Origin: Carcharhinus amblyrhynchos
Taxonomy: Eukaryota
Assembly: GCA_965287045.1 (NCBI GenBank)
Contig: OZ336878.1
Location: 48,546,001-48,610,000, forward strand
Length of the DNA: 64,000 nucleotides
Direction: 5' to 3'
In this document: positions 25,612 to 38,640 of the stretch, one piece after another
Numbering within the stretch: position 1 is the first letter of the stretch
Layout: each line of letters opens with the position of its first letter
Position numbers and translations under genes: made by a program
The notes under the pieces: generated by a model
What the model saw: the letters and a program-made list of their open reading frames with translations, nothing else
Databases searched by the model: none
Told to the model about the DNA's origin: nothing

Positions 25612-25935
25612 GGGTGCCAATATGTCAGCGATTAGCACTGTTACCTCACAGCACCAGGGGCCCGGGTTGAATTCCAGCCAAGGGTGACTGTCTGTGTGGA
25701 GTTTGCGCATTTTCCCCATGTCTGCTTGGGTTTCCTCCAGGTGCTCCAGTTTCCTCCCACAGTCCAAAGATGTGTGGGTTAGGTTGACTGGCCATGGTAA
25801 ATTGATTTTAGTACCAGGGGACTAGGAGGGTAAATACAGGGAGTTACAAAGATAGGGCCTGGGTGGGATTGTTGTCAGTGCAGGCTCGATAGGCTGAATT
25901 GCCTCCTTCTGCATTGTAGGGATTCTATGATTCTG
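25612..25935 (+). mobile_element. HE1-type V-SINE
   Basis: Head TTAGCACTGTTACCTCACAGCACCAGGGGCCCGGGTTGAATTCC, then V-domain, then tail GCCTCCTTCTGCATTGTAGGGATTCTATGATTCT. Confidence 0.85.
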
Positions 25936-26170
25936 ACCTGGGCCCTCCATGCTGACACTATAGTTAAGAAAGCCCACCAATGCCTCTACTTTCTCAGAAG
26001 ACGAAGGAAATTTGGCATGTCCATTACAACTCTCTCTAACTTTTACAGATGGACAATAGAAAGCATTCTTTCTGGTTGTATCACAGGTTGGTATGGCTCC
26101 TGCTCTGTCCAAGGCCGCACAAAAATACAAAGGGTCATGAATGAAGCTCAGTCCATAATCAAACCAGCCT

Positions 26171-26497
26171 CCCTTAGGAGTCCTTAGGACTAGAGGGCAC
26201 AGCCTCAAGATAAAGGGGGGGGCGGTTTAGAACGGAGTTGAGGAGGAACTTCTTCACTCAAAGGGTGGTGAATCTCGGGAATTCTCTGCCCATTGAAGTG
26301 GTGGAGTCTGCCTCGCTCAATATTTTTAAGACGTGGGTTGATAGGTTTTTGATAGGCAAGGGGATTAAGGGTTATGGGGAGAGGGCGGGAATGTGGAACT
26401 GAGCCACGACAGATCAGCCATGATCTTATTGAATGGCGGGGCAGGCTTGAGGGGTTAGATGGCCTACTCCTGCTCCTATTTCTTATGTTCTTATGTT
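26171..26497 (+). mobile_element. Very short 3' fragment of the young CR1 family
   Basis: Close match to 27095-27405; TTATGTTC tail; short TSD (C)TCCC in the host Rex1. Confidence 0.9.
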
Positions 26498-26650
26498 CTC
26501 CCATCCACTGACTCAGTCTATACTTCCCACTGCCTTGGAAAAGGAGCCAGCCTAATCAAGGACGCCACACACCCCAGATATACTCTCTTCCCATCTTCTT
26601 CCATCGGGGAAAAAGGATTCAAAAGGTCTGAGGATACATACCAACCAATT

Positions 26651-27405
26651 GGCGAAAAACTGCAGCAGGCGACGGTGCAGAGGGACCTCGGGGTCCTTGT
26701 GCATGAGTCGCAAAAACCCAGCCTGCAGGTGCAGCAGGTGGTCAGGAAAGCTAATGGGATGCTGGCCTTCATAGCGAGGGGGATTGAATACAAAAGTAGG
26801 GAGGTCTTGCTGCAGCTGTATAGGGCATTGGTGAGACCGCAGCTGGAGTACTGTGTGCAGTTTTGGTCGCCGCACTTACGCAAGGATATTTTGGCCTTGG
26901 AGGGAGTGCAGAGGAGGTTTACTAGGCTGATGCCGGAGTTGAGGGGGGTGAGCTATGAGGAGAGGCTGAATAAACTAGGCTTGTACTCGTTGGAGTTTAG
27001 AAGAATGAGGGGAGATCTCATTGAGACGTACAAGATGATGAATGGGATGGATAGGATAGAGGTGGAGAGACTCTTCCCGCTCAGAAAGGACAGTAGGACT
27101 AGGGGGCACAGCCTCAAGATAAAGGGGGGGCGGTTTAGAACGGAGTTGAGGAGGAACTTCTTCGCTCAAAGGGTGGTGAATCTCTGGAATTCTCTGCCCG
27201 TTGAAGCGGTGGAGGCTGCCTCGCTAAATATTTTTAAGACGCGGGTTGATGGGTTTTTGATAAGCGAGGGGATTAAGGGTTATGGGGAGAGGGTGGGAAA
27301 GTGGAACTGAGCCATGACAGATCAGCCATGATCTTATTGAATGGCGGGGCAGGCTCGAAGGGCTAGATGGCCTACTCCTGCTCCTATTTCTTATGTTCTT
27401 ATGTT
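26651..27405 (+). mobile_element. 5'-truncated young CR1 LINE
   Basis: Open RT C-terminus (QRDLGVLV...FFAQRVVNLWNSLP...GKWN*); (TTATGTTC)n tail; TSD CAATT on both sides. Confidence 0.93.
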
Positions 27406-28518
27406 CAATTCAAGAACAGCTTCTTCCTTGCTGCCATCAGACTTTTGAATGGACCTACCTTATATTAAATTGATCTTTCTCTACACCCTAGCTTTGACTG
27501 TAACATTACATTCTGCACTCTTTCCTTTCCTTCTCTATATACAATATGCTTTGCATAGTGTGCAAGAAACAGTACTTTTCATTGTATATTGACAATAATA
27601 AATCAAATCCAATAACAGACATGCCTGTTCCAACAAATTGTTGGAGGTCCTAGAAGAGGAATGACTTGTGACGTGATGAGCTGCAAGACTATGATAAGCT
27701 ATAAAAAAAAAATGGAAAACCAATCTTTTTCTTTATGAATTACAAAGGGGAAAATTTAATAATGGCTAGTTGGTTATGTTCTTAAAGATACATAGGTGAT
27801 GGGCAACATTTGATCAAGATTACATATGAAGAGTCTGTTGGGATACTGGGCTAATAATTAGGAGGCAGAGTTCTTTAATATTGCATTCTGCAAATAAACT
27901 TCCTAACAAGGAAAAGATCTGCATTTTGTTTTATTCTTCATCCTCTGGCTTGAATCCAAATAATATCACCAGTGGTAACAGTACAATAGTAGAGTTAGAA
28001 AACATGTAGCCTGCAATCCTCAGTACTAACTCTGGATCCCATGAGATTTCACAAGCCAGGTCAAACACAGACAATGAACTTTGTTCTTATTATTACCCAC
28101 CACCCTCAATCAGATGCTGAATCAATACTCTTTCATGCTGAACATCACTTGGAAGGAACATTGAATTTAGCAAGGACACAGTATGTGGGGATTTCATTTT
28201 CCATTACCACAATGGCTTGGTAGCACCTCCTGATCACGCTGCCTGGTTCTGGTGGGAGCAGCACCACTAAGGTTTGTTTGTCTGCCTCTGACTTCACAGT
28301 CCTTGTTGCGAAGTTCTACCTTCACACTGAGAGCATCCTCCATAGTGTTCTGTGGCACTATACTAAATCGGATAAATTGAGAACATATATTGCAGTTCAA
28401 AAACCAGGCATCCTTGAAGTTTTGTGGGGCTTCATCTGCAGCAGAACTGCATTCCAGCACATGGTCAAGCAAATCCTCCAATCTGCTGCTGTGGAACAGA
28501 TCAGAAATTCTAAGGTAT

Positions 28519-29060
28519 GTTGTGAAGTTAGTCTTGACCCTAACTTTTCTTTTTGTTTTTGGCATTAGAGTGAGCACAAGGTGTTTTGCTCCAGGTATGA
28601 TTCAACCTTTTGGTTTGATTCAACTGTTTGGTTTGTTTTGAAGTAAAAGGAAGCTTTTATTTTAAAACAAACTAAACAAACAACACAGTTAAAATATGAC
28701 AAAAAGAATTAGCATAACGTTTACTAACTGAAAATACTTAAACCTAACAAGGTATAATTCTTAACAGCTAGCTATCTCTATAGTTCCACTGTAAGCAGTA
28801 ACCCATTGACGAAAATCCCTTCTTCAAAACCAGTTAACACCAAAAACAGATATGCTCATATGGGTGCTAGATTTCCAGCCTTTTAACAGCTCCGGACAGA
28901 GATCCAGGCAGACATCTGTCTTCTGACTCTTATACAATCACCTCCAGAGAAAGATACACCTCCAAATAGCCAGATATCAGAGGAAGAAACTTATTTCCTG
29001 GCAGATTCCAGTCTTCAACTCTAGAGATGAAAAGAGATGTACTGCTCTCTAACAACTCTT
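28519..29060 (-). mobile_element. Probable solo LTR (Gypsy/Gmr1-like)
   Basis: Starts TGTTGTGAAG; minus-strand AATAAA at ~28655; composition typical of an LTR. Boundaries uncertain. Confidence 0.35.
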
Positions 29061-29084
29061 TGCTGTTCAATAGCACAATCAAGT

Positions 29085-29575
29085 GTTCTGTTCCTCATAT
29101 CATGGTGAATTGAATCGGCTGAAAACTAATTTCCGTGATAATGGTAGGAGCCTCAGGAAGAGGCCAAGATATATTATCCACTTGATGTTGCTGGCTGAAG
29201 ATAGTTGCAAACCTTGCTTCTTGCACTTGCATGCTGGGCTCTAACATCATTGAGGATACAGATATTCATGGAGCCAATCCTTCCCTTTTAATTATTCAAT
29301 TATCCACTACCATTCCAGTTTGTCAATTTTTCTTTGACAGCACCTCCCAACCCACAACTTCTGCCATCTAAAAGGACAAGGACAGCAGGCACATGGGAAC
29401 ACTTAGCACCTTGCAAGTTCTCCTCAAAGTCACATGCCATCTTGAGATTGAAGTATTTCGCCATTCCTTCATCACGCTTGGTCAAAATACTGAAACTCCC
29501 TAATAGCATCATAGGAGTAGCTATACCATGCATAGTGCAGCAGGTCAAGAGGGTGTCATCTGTGCCATAAGCAGT
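29085..29575. mobile_element. Old CR1/L2-group LINE fragments (an inverted piece plus a 3' part)
   Basis: Degenerate. The plus-strand part resembles a LINE ORF2 C-terminus (RTRTAGTWEH..CKFSSKSHAIL). A related RT piece lies at ~42870-43290. Confidence 0.5.
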
Positions 29576-31619
29576 TAAGTTCAACCAGAATCAAAAGATC
29601 CAAAAACCACGGGTGGGATTCTTCTGCCACACTCACCCCAAAAATCAGAGAATCCTACCCAAGGTCAATGGTCCTTTGCATTGTCCGCTCCCCACCTGCT
29701 AGGATTCTCATAGTGGAAAGGATAGAATTCCCCCACGTCAAATTTGTTTTTATACTTATGAGTTGTGGGTGCTCAATTGCAGTTTGCTTCAACCCCTTCA
29801 TATTTCAATTGACACAGATGCTGGCTGAGCATACAGTTGAGCCCCGGGGTGGAAAGCGGACCTGCAAGTGGCCACAGTAATAATGTGGATGCAGGAGTGA
29901 TTCTCCTGGTTACACATTAAGACAAAGTGGACCTGCAAGTCTATTTTACAGCCTCAAACAGTCCCTTTAAGGAACTGATTTGGTCACTGTAGAGCCTGTA
30001 AAAATGGTCGCAACAAAACTGTATCCACTTTCATATTTATGAATTTATCACTGCTTTGTATGCTCACTGCTCAGCACAGGAACAATATCATTTCAGTCAA
30101 TAATTATTCCATATCTAATTGGACATTTGACTCAACTTTAGCCATTTGAATTTGTTTCATATTTCAATGCTCTGGAAAAAAAAAGTAAAATCACAAAATA
30201 AATTATGTACCAAACAGACATTTTTCTTTACATTTCCAATTATATAGGGAATTAGGGAAAAAATCTACTTATGCCAAATTATTTTCCTCTGGCATTTAGA
30301 AAATCACTATATTAACATCAGTTCAAAGAATGCACCGACTAACAATATTTTCAACAATACATTTTTTACTCAAGTTATATGAATTAAATAACAACAGTAC
30401 ATTTTCCACTCAATTGTATGAGTTAAGTAACAATGTTACAATACTACATAAACATCTATAAATATTGATTATGGATCATTTTATTGCTGTTACTATTGAA
30501 AGACTATAACAAGCTTCAAAGTCACAGATCCCCGATAGAGGTGGACCTGCTGCAAGGTACTCAGAAAAAGTATTCTTACAATTTTCACAAGATCAGAGGA
30601 GACCTGAAAAATGGTGATGTACTTCAGGACGATTATATATTTTGGTGGTTATGTGACAGTTGAATTTTATAAGAGTCATCGATATTTTTGCTGGGATGCT
30701 GGCATGAATATCTGACAATAGTACAAAATCAACAAAAGTTCAGTTTTCCTATCTGAACAATGCCATTATAAGTGACAGATACATACTTTCAGCAATGCGA
30801 TAAATGTGAATAAAAGACCAAAGTTATGAACACAAAACACTGAGGTGGCACATTGAGGGCAAATATTCAATTCACAAGGTTGGCCCAGTAGTATTTATGG
30901 ATTGCAGGTTGACAAAGAAGAAAAAGAATGAACTAAAATAGAATCAGTCACTCAAACACTCAGATCATATTACGGAAATAGTGATATTTTAATTACAGAA
31001 TGGTTCCTTCTCAATTGTGGCCCTGGATCAGTCAGCTGCTCTGTGAATCGCCCTTGTTTCTAGCCTATCCAAACTGCGGAGATTTCTAATTCTGTATTCA
31101 ACACCATTTCCTCAGTTCTGCTTACTGTTAAAACAGCATTCTCACTTAGGAGTGGTGGGTTGTAACATCACCTATTACATTTTTACAAAGAGAGAGAACA
31201 GTGTTCAATCTTGGCAGTAAAAACATCCAGATAATCAGCAGGCTAGCAAATGAAAGAAAACAGCACGTACATGCACACAAGATGTTGTGCACAAGACCTC
31301 TCATATATGGTTCTGCTTGAACAATAATTTTCAAATCTTCTGTCAGCTGAGGTAAAAACATTTCTCTCCCTTGCTGCTATCAACGGATGATTAGCATATT
31401 ATACTTTGTCATTGTGCCCAATATTGTCTCCACACTTATAGAAGTGTTTGTGGATGAGCAGGAATACATATAATGGAACATGATAAATCAGGTATATCTA
31501 TTATTTTTGGTTTTCTTTCATAATTCAATAATCCCTGAAGATACCCATTCACCCTTTCCATAAGTTGAACACCTCTAAAAGCTTTGGATATGTAAGTACA
31601 AGATGGAAAATACCATATT

Positions 31620-32695
31620 CAGGACATTATGGTATTGGGATACAAGGGGCTGTTGCCTTGTGGATCCAGAACTGGCTTGCCTGCAGAAGGCAGAGTGATT
31701 GTGGATGGGTCTTTTTCTGCATGGAAGTCGGTCACCAGTGGAGTGCCCCAGGGATCTGTTCTAGGACCCTTGCTGTTTATCATTTTCATAAATAACCTGG
31801 ATGAGGAAGTGGAGAGATGGGTTAGTAAGTTTGCCAACGACACAAAGGTTGGTGGTGTTGTGGATAGTCTGGAGGGATGTCAGAAGTTGCAGCGTGACAT
31901 AGATAGGATGCTAGACTGGGCGGAGAAGTGGCAGATGGACTTCAACCCGGATAAATGTGTAGTGGTCCATTTTGGCAGGTCCAATGGGATGAAGGAGTAT
32001 CATATCAAGGGTAGGACTCTTAGCAGTGTAGAGGATCAGAAGGACCTTAGGGTCCAGGTTCATAGGACTCTTAAATCGGCCTCACAGGTGGAGGATGTGG
32101 TCAAGAAGGCATATGGTGTATTAGCCTTCATTATTTGAGGGATTGAACTTTATAAGACCCTTGTCAGACCCCACTTGAAGTACTGTGTGCAGTTCTGGTC
32201 GCCTCACTACAAGGACGTGGACACTATTGAAAGGGTGCAGAGGGGATTTACAAGGATGTTGCCTGGATTGGGTGGCATGCCTTATGAGGATAGGTTGAGG
32301 GAGCTAGGTCTTTTCTCCCTGGAGGGACGAAGGATGAGAGGTGACCTGATAGAGGTTTACAAGATGTTGAGAGGTATAGATAGGGTGGATTCTCAGAGGC
32401 TATTTCCTAGGGCTGAAATGGTCGCTACGACAGGACACAGGTTTAAGGTGCTGGGAAATAGGCACAGAAGAGATGTCGGGGTAAGTTTTTCACTCAGAGG
32501 GTGGTGAGTAGGTGGATTCGGCTGCCGTTAGTGGTGGTGGAGGCGAACTCGCTGCAGTCTTTTAAGAGACTTCTGTATGAGTACATGGGATTTAATGGGA
32601 TTGAGGGTTATAGATAGGCCTGGTAGGTAGGGATATGATCGGCACAACTTGTGGGCCGAAGGGCCTGTTTGTGCTGTAGTGTTCTATGTTCTATT
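31620..32695 (+). mobile_element. 5'-truncated CR1 LINE, frameshifted
   Basis: ORFs 31629-32138 (SGVPQGSVLGP, KFANDTK) and 32175-32507 (YCVQFWSPHY); tail GGGCCGAAGGGCCTGTTTGTGCTGTAGTGTTCTATGTTCTAT. Confidence 0.92.
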
Positions 32696-33109
32696 ACTGC
32701 TGACTCAATATCTCTGATGTGGAGAAAAGATTAATTTGGATCCACTCCTGATCTGACATATATAGGAAAATATTCAAGTCTGCAGACAAGAGCAGGTTTA
32801 GATGTGATGTCTCCAGACATAACCCACCAAAATTCATATGCTGTCTCACAAAAGATAGCAGAGAATGACCAATATCTGGGAGCTCAAAAACTGGGTGAAA
32901 ATTGATCTTGAAGGGGAAAAATAAAAAATTCAGTTCAAATTAACTGAATGCAGCAAAGTGCTCTCCATCTCTTGGCTATCAGAGAAGTGAGGGAGGGCCA
33001 CAAAAGGGAAGATGAATAAAAAAAAAGGGGAAAATTGATAAGTGAATCAATGGAAGAAATTAAAATAAATAAACCGAAATAACGGTATATTTCCACCATG
33101 TTATAATTA

Positions 33110-33432
33110 TCCTAAATACAAGATCCTGAGGGACTTGACAAGGTGGATGCTGAGACAATGTTTGCCCTTATGAGAAAATTAGGGGATACAATTTAATAAT
33201 AAGGGATTTCCCATTTAAGATGGAGATAAGGAAAAAGGATCAAAAGTCTGTGGAATTTTCTTCCCCAGAGAGCAGTTGAGGCAGAGGCACTGAATACTTT
33301 AAGGCTAGGTTAGACAGCTTCTTGTACAGTTTGATTGATAAGGGTACTGTGGGTAGACAGAGTTGAAGCCACAATCAGACCAGACTCAAGGGACCAAATG
33401 GCCTACACCTGTTTCTAATTCATATGTTTCTA
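33110..33432 (+). mobile_element. Old CR1 3' fragment
   Basis: Degenerate ORF2 end (CTGTGGAATTTTCTTCCCCAGAG) and tail AAATGGCCTACACCTGTTTCTAATTCATATGTT. Confidence 0.7.
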
Positions 33433-33439
33433 GGTCAAG

Positions 33440-33665
33440 GTAAAGTCACCATAGTCCCTGGCCATAGGCTGCTGTCCCTTTTTTTGGCGGGGGGGGCTGA
33501 CTGGTGGCAATTTAACCTGAGGATCACCATTCTTTAGACAAGGAGCAAAGTTGAAAAGGCACAGCCTTCATCAACAATCTCAGCTGGTACGGGAATTGAA
33601 TCCATGCTGGTGGCATCACTCTACATTAGGAACCAACTATCCAGCCAACTGAGCTAAATCAACCT
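33440..33665 (-). mobile_element. tRNA-derived SINE (non-V family)
   Basis: Minus strand begins GGTTGATTTAGCTCAGTTGG (A box) ... GGATTCAATTCCC (B box). Confidence 0.65.
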
Positions 33666-34011
33666 ATATATTAAGGTACATGTTAGTCACATGACTTAAT
33701 GCAATGTGCATCGAAAACACCTTTATCAAGATCAAATGGATTTTACAAGTATCAATATTTACTTGGAAATAACATTGTGATGCATATTACATGTTAAATG
33801 TCACATAGTATTTGAAACAGTATCAAACACTGTATATTGCTTGTCGTGACTCCTTGTGTAGTGCCATGTCCCAGGTACACATAATAATATACTCTTCCTT
33901 TCAATTTCATGTCTCAAAGCAAAGTAGTTAAAAGTGTAATCAAGAAAATAAATATAAGTTAAGGTTTCTCATTAAGATTCCTGTTTTCCCAGAAGTCAGC
34001 AAATATAATGT

Positions 34012-34328
34012 GGGTGGCACTGTGGCCCAGTGGTTAGCACTGCTGCCTCAAGTGCCAGGGACCTGGATTCAATTCCAGCCTCGGTCACTGTCTGTACAGA
34101 GTTTGCACATTCTCCCTGTGTTTGCATGGGTTTCCTCCAGGTTCTTTGGTTTCTTCCCACAATCCAAAGATGTGGGTTAGGTTGATTGGCGATGCTAAAT
34201 TGACCCTAGTGTCAGGGCTTTAGCAGGGTTAATATGTGGGCTTACGGGAATAGAGCTTGGATGGAATTGTGGTCGGTGCAGACTCGACGGGTGGGACGGT
34301 CTCCTTCTGCACTGTCGGGATTCTATGC
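34012..34328 (+). mobile_element. HE1-type V-SINE
   Basis: Head GGGTGGCACTGTGGCCCAGTGGTTAGCACTGCTGCC, then V-domain, then tail CTCCTTCTGCACTGTCGGGATTCTATG. Confidence 0.85.
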
Positions 34329-34831
34329 AAAACATGGCAGAAGTGTTTTAGTCATGAAGCCTACTTTTTTAAAATGTCAAGCACAAACTGCATATCCTTC
34401 CAGAACCACAGGTCGCAATGTAAATAGTTATGACTGATCAGATATTTAATTACAATGCTGTTTCCTGGTTCCAATACTGCAGAGCCAGCAAACATCAACA
34501 ACCTCTCCCCAACTTGGTTAAATTATTCCTCTGCCCTAAATAATGAACTTGGATTTGACTGCCCCCATAACCATTTGAGGTTGATGAGTTTTGTTTTTAA
34601 ATTATAGAACAGAGTTTCGACAGATCACATTGGGTTAACCACACAAGATCCAGTCATACACAAAATTATTCTTGATTCTGTACATAGATTAAGCTCTGCC
34701 CAGGGAGTTACTTGGCATTAAGCATGAAATACTTAGTGCAGGAGCACATAAGGAGCCAGTACTGTGACTGAATGAGGCACTGCAACATTTGGAATAGTTT
34801 TTTTGTTTAGGTGATATACATGCAAGGCAAT

Positions 34832-36365
34832 CAAAGAATCACAGAATTGGTAGAGTGCAGAAGGAGGCCATTTGTCCCATCGTGTCTGCACCACCTCTCC
34901 AAATGAGCATTGTGACTTAGTGCCATTCTCCTGTCTTTGCCCCATACCCCTGCACATTGTTTCCATTCAAGGAATAATCTAACGCCCTCTCGAATGCCAT
35001 CAACTAACGCCTCAATTGAGCCTATCTCCACCACACTTCCAGGCAAAGCATTTCAGACCTGAACCACCAGTTGAGTGAAAATGTTTTTTCTCACATCACA
35101 GTTGCTTCATGCAAATCTCTTCCGCACTCCCTCCAATGCATTTGTATCTTTCCTTTGGTGTGGCACCCAGAGCTGTGCAATACTGCAGCTGAGACCTAAC
35201 TAGTGTACCTCCTTGCTCTTGGACTCTATGCCCCTATTAATAAATATTACATGCTTTCTTAAAGGCTCTCTCCACCTGTCCTGTCAGCTTCACTGACCTA
35301 TACACAAATACACACAGCTCCTTCTGCTCTTGCTCCCCTAAAAATGTTGCCCTTATTTTGTATCTACATGTTCTTCCTACCGAAATGTAACACCTCATAC
35401 TTTTCCGCATTGAACATCATCTGCCATCTAACTGCCCACTCCAACAGCTTGCCTATATGGACTTTTGAAGTTCTACACTATCCTCTTTATAGTTTAGAAT
35501 ATGTCCAATTTGTGTGATCCACAAACTTTAAAATTGTCAGCTGTATATCAAGTTTAGATCATTAATATATAATCAGATAAAGCAAGGGTCCCAATACTGA
35601 TCCCTGGGAAATACCACTATAAATCTTCCCCCAGTCCAAAAAATATCCATTGAACATTACAACAATCTGCTTCCTTTTATTCAGCCCATTTTATATCTTC
35701 ATTGCTACAGTCCCTTTTATTCCACAAGCTATAACTTTTCTCAAATCTGTTGTGTGGCACGGTATTGAATGCCTTCTTCAAGTCCATGTACACCTCATTA
35801 GCACCATTACCCTCATCAATCCTTTCTGCTACTTCCTCAAAAATCTCCAGCCAGTTAGTTAAATGCGATTTCCCCTTTAGAAATCCATTAGGCTTTTCCT
35901 AATCAACTCACATTTTTCCTTGTAACTACTAATTCTATCCTGAATAATTGTTTCTAAAAACTTGTCCACCATTGATGTTAAACTGACTGGCTGTAATTGC
36001 TGGGGCTAACCTTACAACCTTTTTGAACAAGGGCATAACATTTGCAATTCTCCAATCTTCTGGCACCTCCTCTGGAGTTGAGAGAAGACTATAAGATTAT
36101 GGCCAGCGTACCTGCAATTTCCATTTTCACTTCCTTCAATATCGTTGGATGCAACTCATCCAGTCCCACTGCATTGTCAACTTTCAGTACTGACAGTCAA
36201 TTTAACCCCTCTTCCTTAAAAACTTTGAACCCTTCTAGTGACAGAATTTACTCTATCCTGGGTAGCATTTAGTTCCCTGGTAAAGATGGACACAAAGTTT
36301 CAATTTAATACCTCAGCCATTTCCCCTTGCATCCATGTATAAGTACTCTTTTAGGTCCCTAATCA
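34832..36365 (-). mobile_element. Old CR1 LINE RT region, heavily decayed
   Basis: Reverse-strand remnants of the PQGSVLGP (~35590-35620), D..KAF (~35770) and PLFKKG (~36020) motifs; tail at ~34835. Confidence 0.75.
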
Positions 36366-36609
36366 GCCCCACTTGTACCACGCTTTACTATGTAACTTCA
36401 GATGAAGGTGGCGTGAAGTTAAAACTGAGGGCAGCTCCTTTTTTTGGGGGTTCTAACTTATGGCTTTCTCCACAAGTAGCGCAGCAAGTAACAGAAAACA
36501 TTCTCTAGAAAGCACAGCTTTTTTGACTGCCTGACAAATTGCTATCATTTTCCACATCCAAAGCTGCTAAAAATAAAAAACTCAATCTTGCAGAAGTCTG
36601 TCACAGTAA

Positions 36610-36975
36610 GGGGAGACAGTAGCACAGCCATAATGTCAAAGGACAATAATCCAGAGGCACAAGCTAATTGTGGGGACGTGGGTTCAAATCCCATCATAGC
36701 AGTTGGTGGAATTTAAATTCAATGGCTAAAAATCTGGAATTGCAAACTAGTCTCCATAATAGTGACTATGAAAACAAAATTGATTATAAAAATCCACCTG
36801 GCTCACTAAGCCTTTAAGGGATAGAAATCTGCTGTCAATCCTTACCTGGTCTGACCTACTCCAAACCCACAGCAATGTGGTTGCTTCTCATCAACCTCTG
36901 AAATGACCTAGTCAGCCACCCAGTTCAGGGACGGTTAGGGATGGGCAACAAATGCCCACAATCAATGAAAGACTT
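36610..36975 (+). mobile_element. tRNA-headed SINE (non-V family)
   Basis: B box GGGTTCAAATCCC at ~36680; 3' GGTTAGGGATGGGCAACAAATGCC. Related pieces occur at ~15620-15680 and ~16020-16200. Confidence 0.6.
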
Positions 36976-37694
36976 TTTTTAAAAAATGTGTTCACTGTTG
37001 TTACTTGCACCAACTGCTGAAGCAGAGCATGTCTGAAAAAGTGGGTTTTCGCGTGAACTTTTTCAGTCTCTTTCGCACATCTTCAAATGGTGACCTGTAA
37101 TGTTAGATGTTACAACTTTCCAAAGGAAACCACCTTATGTTGCTTACCCATAGGAAAATTATGTCCATGAATCTATTATCTGGTGATTGCTGAACACTCA
37201 AATGATTCATACCAATGACTCTCTGGATTACAGAATGAGAACTGGCTGACAGTATCTGCAGTCTACAGAATTACAACAATTTATATCTGCAGGAAAAAAC
37301 AGCTTATAATAAAATGATAAAGTCCAGAACTTCTGAATATTGGATCCTTTATTTGGTGAAATTGATATTTATGAGCCCAGAGTCCTTTTGTGTTATTTGG
37401 GTTTTAACATCTTAAAAAAGGCATTCTATGCACTCCAGAGCTAATTAATGGTGACATTCTGTTCTTTTTTCCAACCATACAGTTGACAGACATTTTTCTC
37501 CTCTTCTAGCCTACCCAGTTCATGATGGAGCTCCTTCCCTTTCAAATCAGTTTAAACTGGTACTATTCTTCCATCCCTCCCTTCACCCTCACATGAGGGG
37601 ATATTTATAAAGTTAATAAGAAAGGAGAAGACAATAGTGCAGGGAAGCAATATGGTTAATAAAAGTCAGAGTATGGCAAGAAGGGACAGTGTAA

Positions 37695-38640
37695 AAACAT
37701 GTTTAATAAATTTATTAGAATTTTTGAGAATATAACGAACCATTTAGATAAAGAGAAACCTGTAGATGTAGTGTATTTGGATTTCCAAAAAGCATTTGAT
37801 AAGGTGCCAAATAAAAGGTTACTACACACAATAAGAGCTTATGATATTGGGCAATATATTAGTGTAGACAGAAGATTAGCTAATGGAACAGATTCGGGAT
37901 AATTGGGTACTTTTCAGGTTGGCAAATTGGAGTGGCACAGGTTCAGTGCTGAAACCTCAACTAGTTACAATCTATATTACTGATTTGGCTGAAGGGGGTT
38001 GACTGTATTGTAGCCAAATTTGTTGATTATATAAAAATAAGTTCGAAAACAAGTTGTGAGGAGGAAACAGTCTACAAAATGATAAGGTTAAGAGAATGAG
38101 CAAAAATTTGGAAGATGGAATTATTGCTTAATGCGAAATGTGAGGTTGCCCAGTTTGGCAGAAAGAATAAAGAAATAGAATATTTAAATGCGGACTGTAA
38201 AATGTACAGTACAGAGGGATATGGGTTGCCCTGTATTTAATAACAAAGTTAGCATGCAGGCATAATAAGTAATTAGGAAGGCAAATGGAACATTAACGTT
38301 TATTGCAAGGGGAATGGACTAAAAGTAGCAAAGTCTCATTACAACTGTACAGGGCATCAATAAGACTGCACCTGGAGCACTGTTTACATTTTTGGTTTCT
38401 TTACTTAAGGAGAGATATACTTGCATTGGGGGCCGTTCAGAGAACATTCACTAAGTTGATTCATGGGATTAAGGGGTAGTTTATGAGTAAGGTTGAGCAG
38501 ATTGAGTCTAGAAGAGAGTCAAAGGTAATGGCAGGCAATTAAGACCATAAACATATCAGCCACAATCTTATTGAATGGTGGAACAAGTTCGAATGGCCAA
38601 ATAACCAATTGTTGCTTCTATTTCTTATGTTCTTATGATG
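37695..38640 (+). mobile_element. Old CR1 RT fragment
   Basis: PVDVVYLDFQKAFDKVP in ORF 37699-37902; TTATGTTCTTATG tail at ~38630. Confidence 0.8.

Larger units (their letters stand above)
22700..27610 (+). mobile_element. Rex1/Babar LINE, decayed, split by four younger insertions
   Basis: Homologous to 16620-18100 on the opposite strand. Segments at 22700-23440, 25530-25610, 25935-26170, 26497-26650 and 27405-27610; tail ACAATAATAAATCAAATC. Confidence 0.85.
16430..27975 (+). mobile_element. Decayed Ty1/Copia LTR retrotransposon, GalEa-like, with multiple nested insertions
   Basis: Related LTRs at ~16430-16620 and ~27755-27970 share AGGTGATGGGCAA and AATAAAC...CAAGGAAAAGATC; PPT-like AAAGGGGAAAA at ~27744. 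Frameshifted gag (KKDHLLDSYKA, EIPHSVLGFQLLDCAK, ~18850-19030), protease (STVCG, ~19575), integrase (FPLASNFNEV, IFVLHFID, ~20090-20180) and RNase H (LAAETLA ~22460, resuming as CSNKLLEVLEE at ~27625). The PR-INT-(RT)-RH order is Copia-type. Confidence 0.75.

Noticed and set aside
26459-27310. 283-aa ORF as a novel fusion gene
   Set aside because: Chance read-through from a CR1 tail and Rex1 sequence into a truncated CR1 RT; the junctions coincide with insertion sites.
28194-28641. Three overlapping ORFs as a possible host exon
   Set aside because: No recognisable protein family and no consistent acceptor/donor pair; more likely decayed TE sequence.
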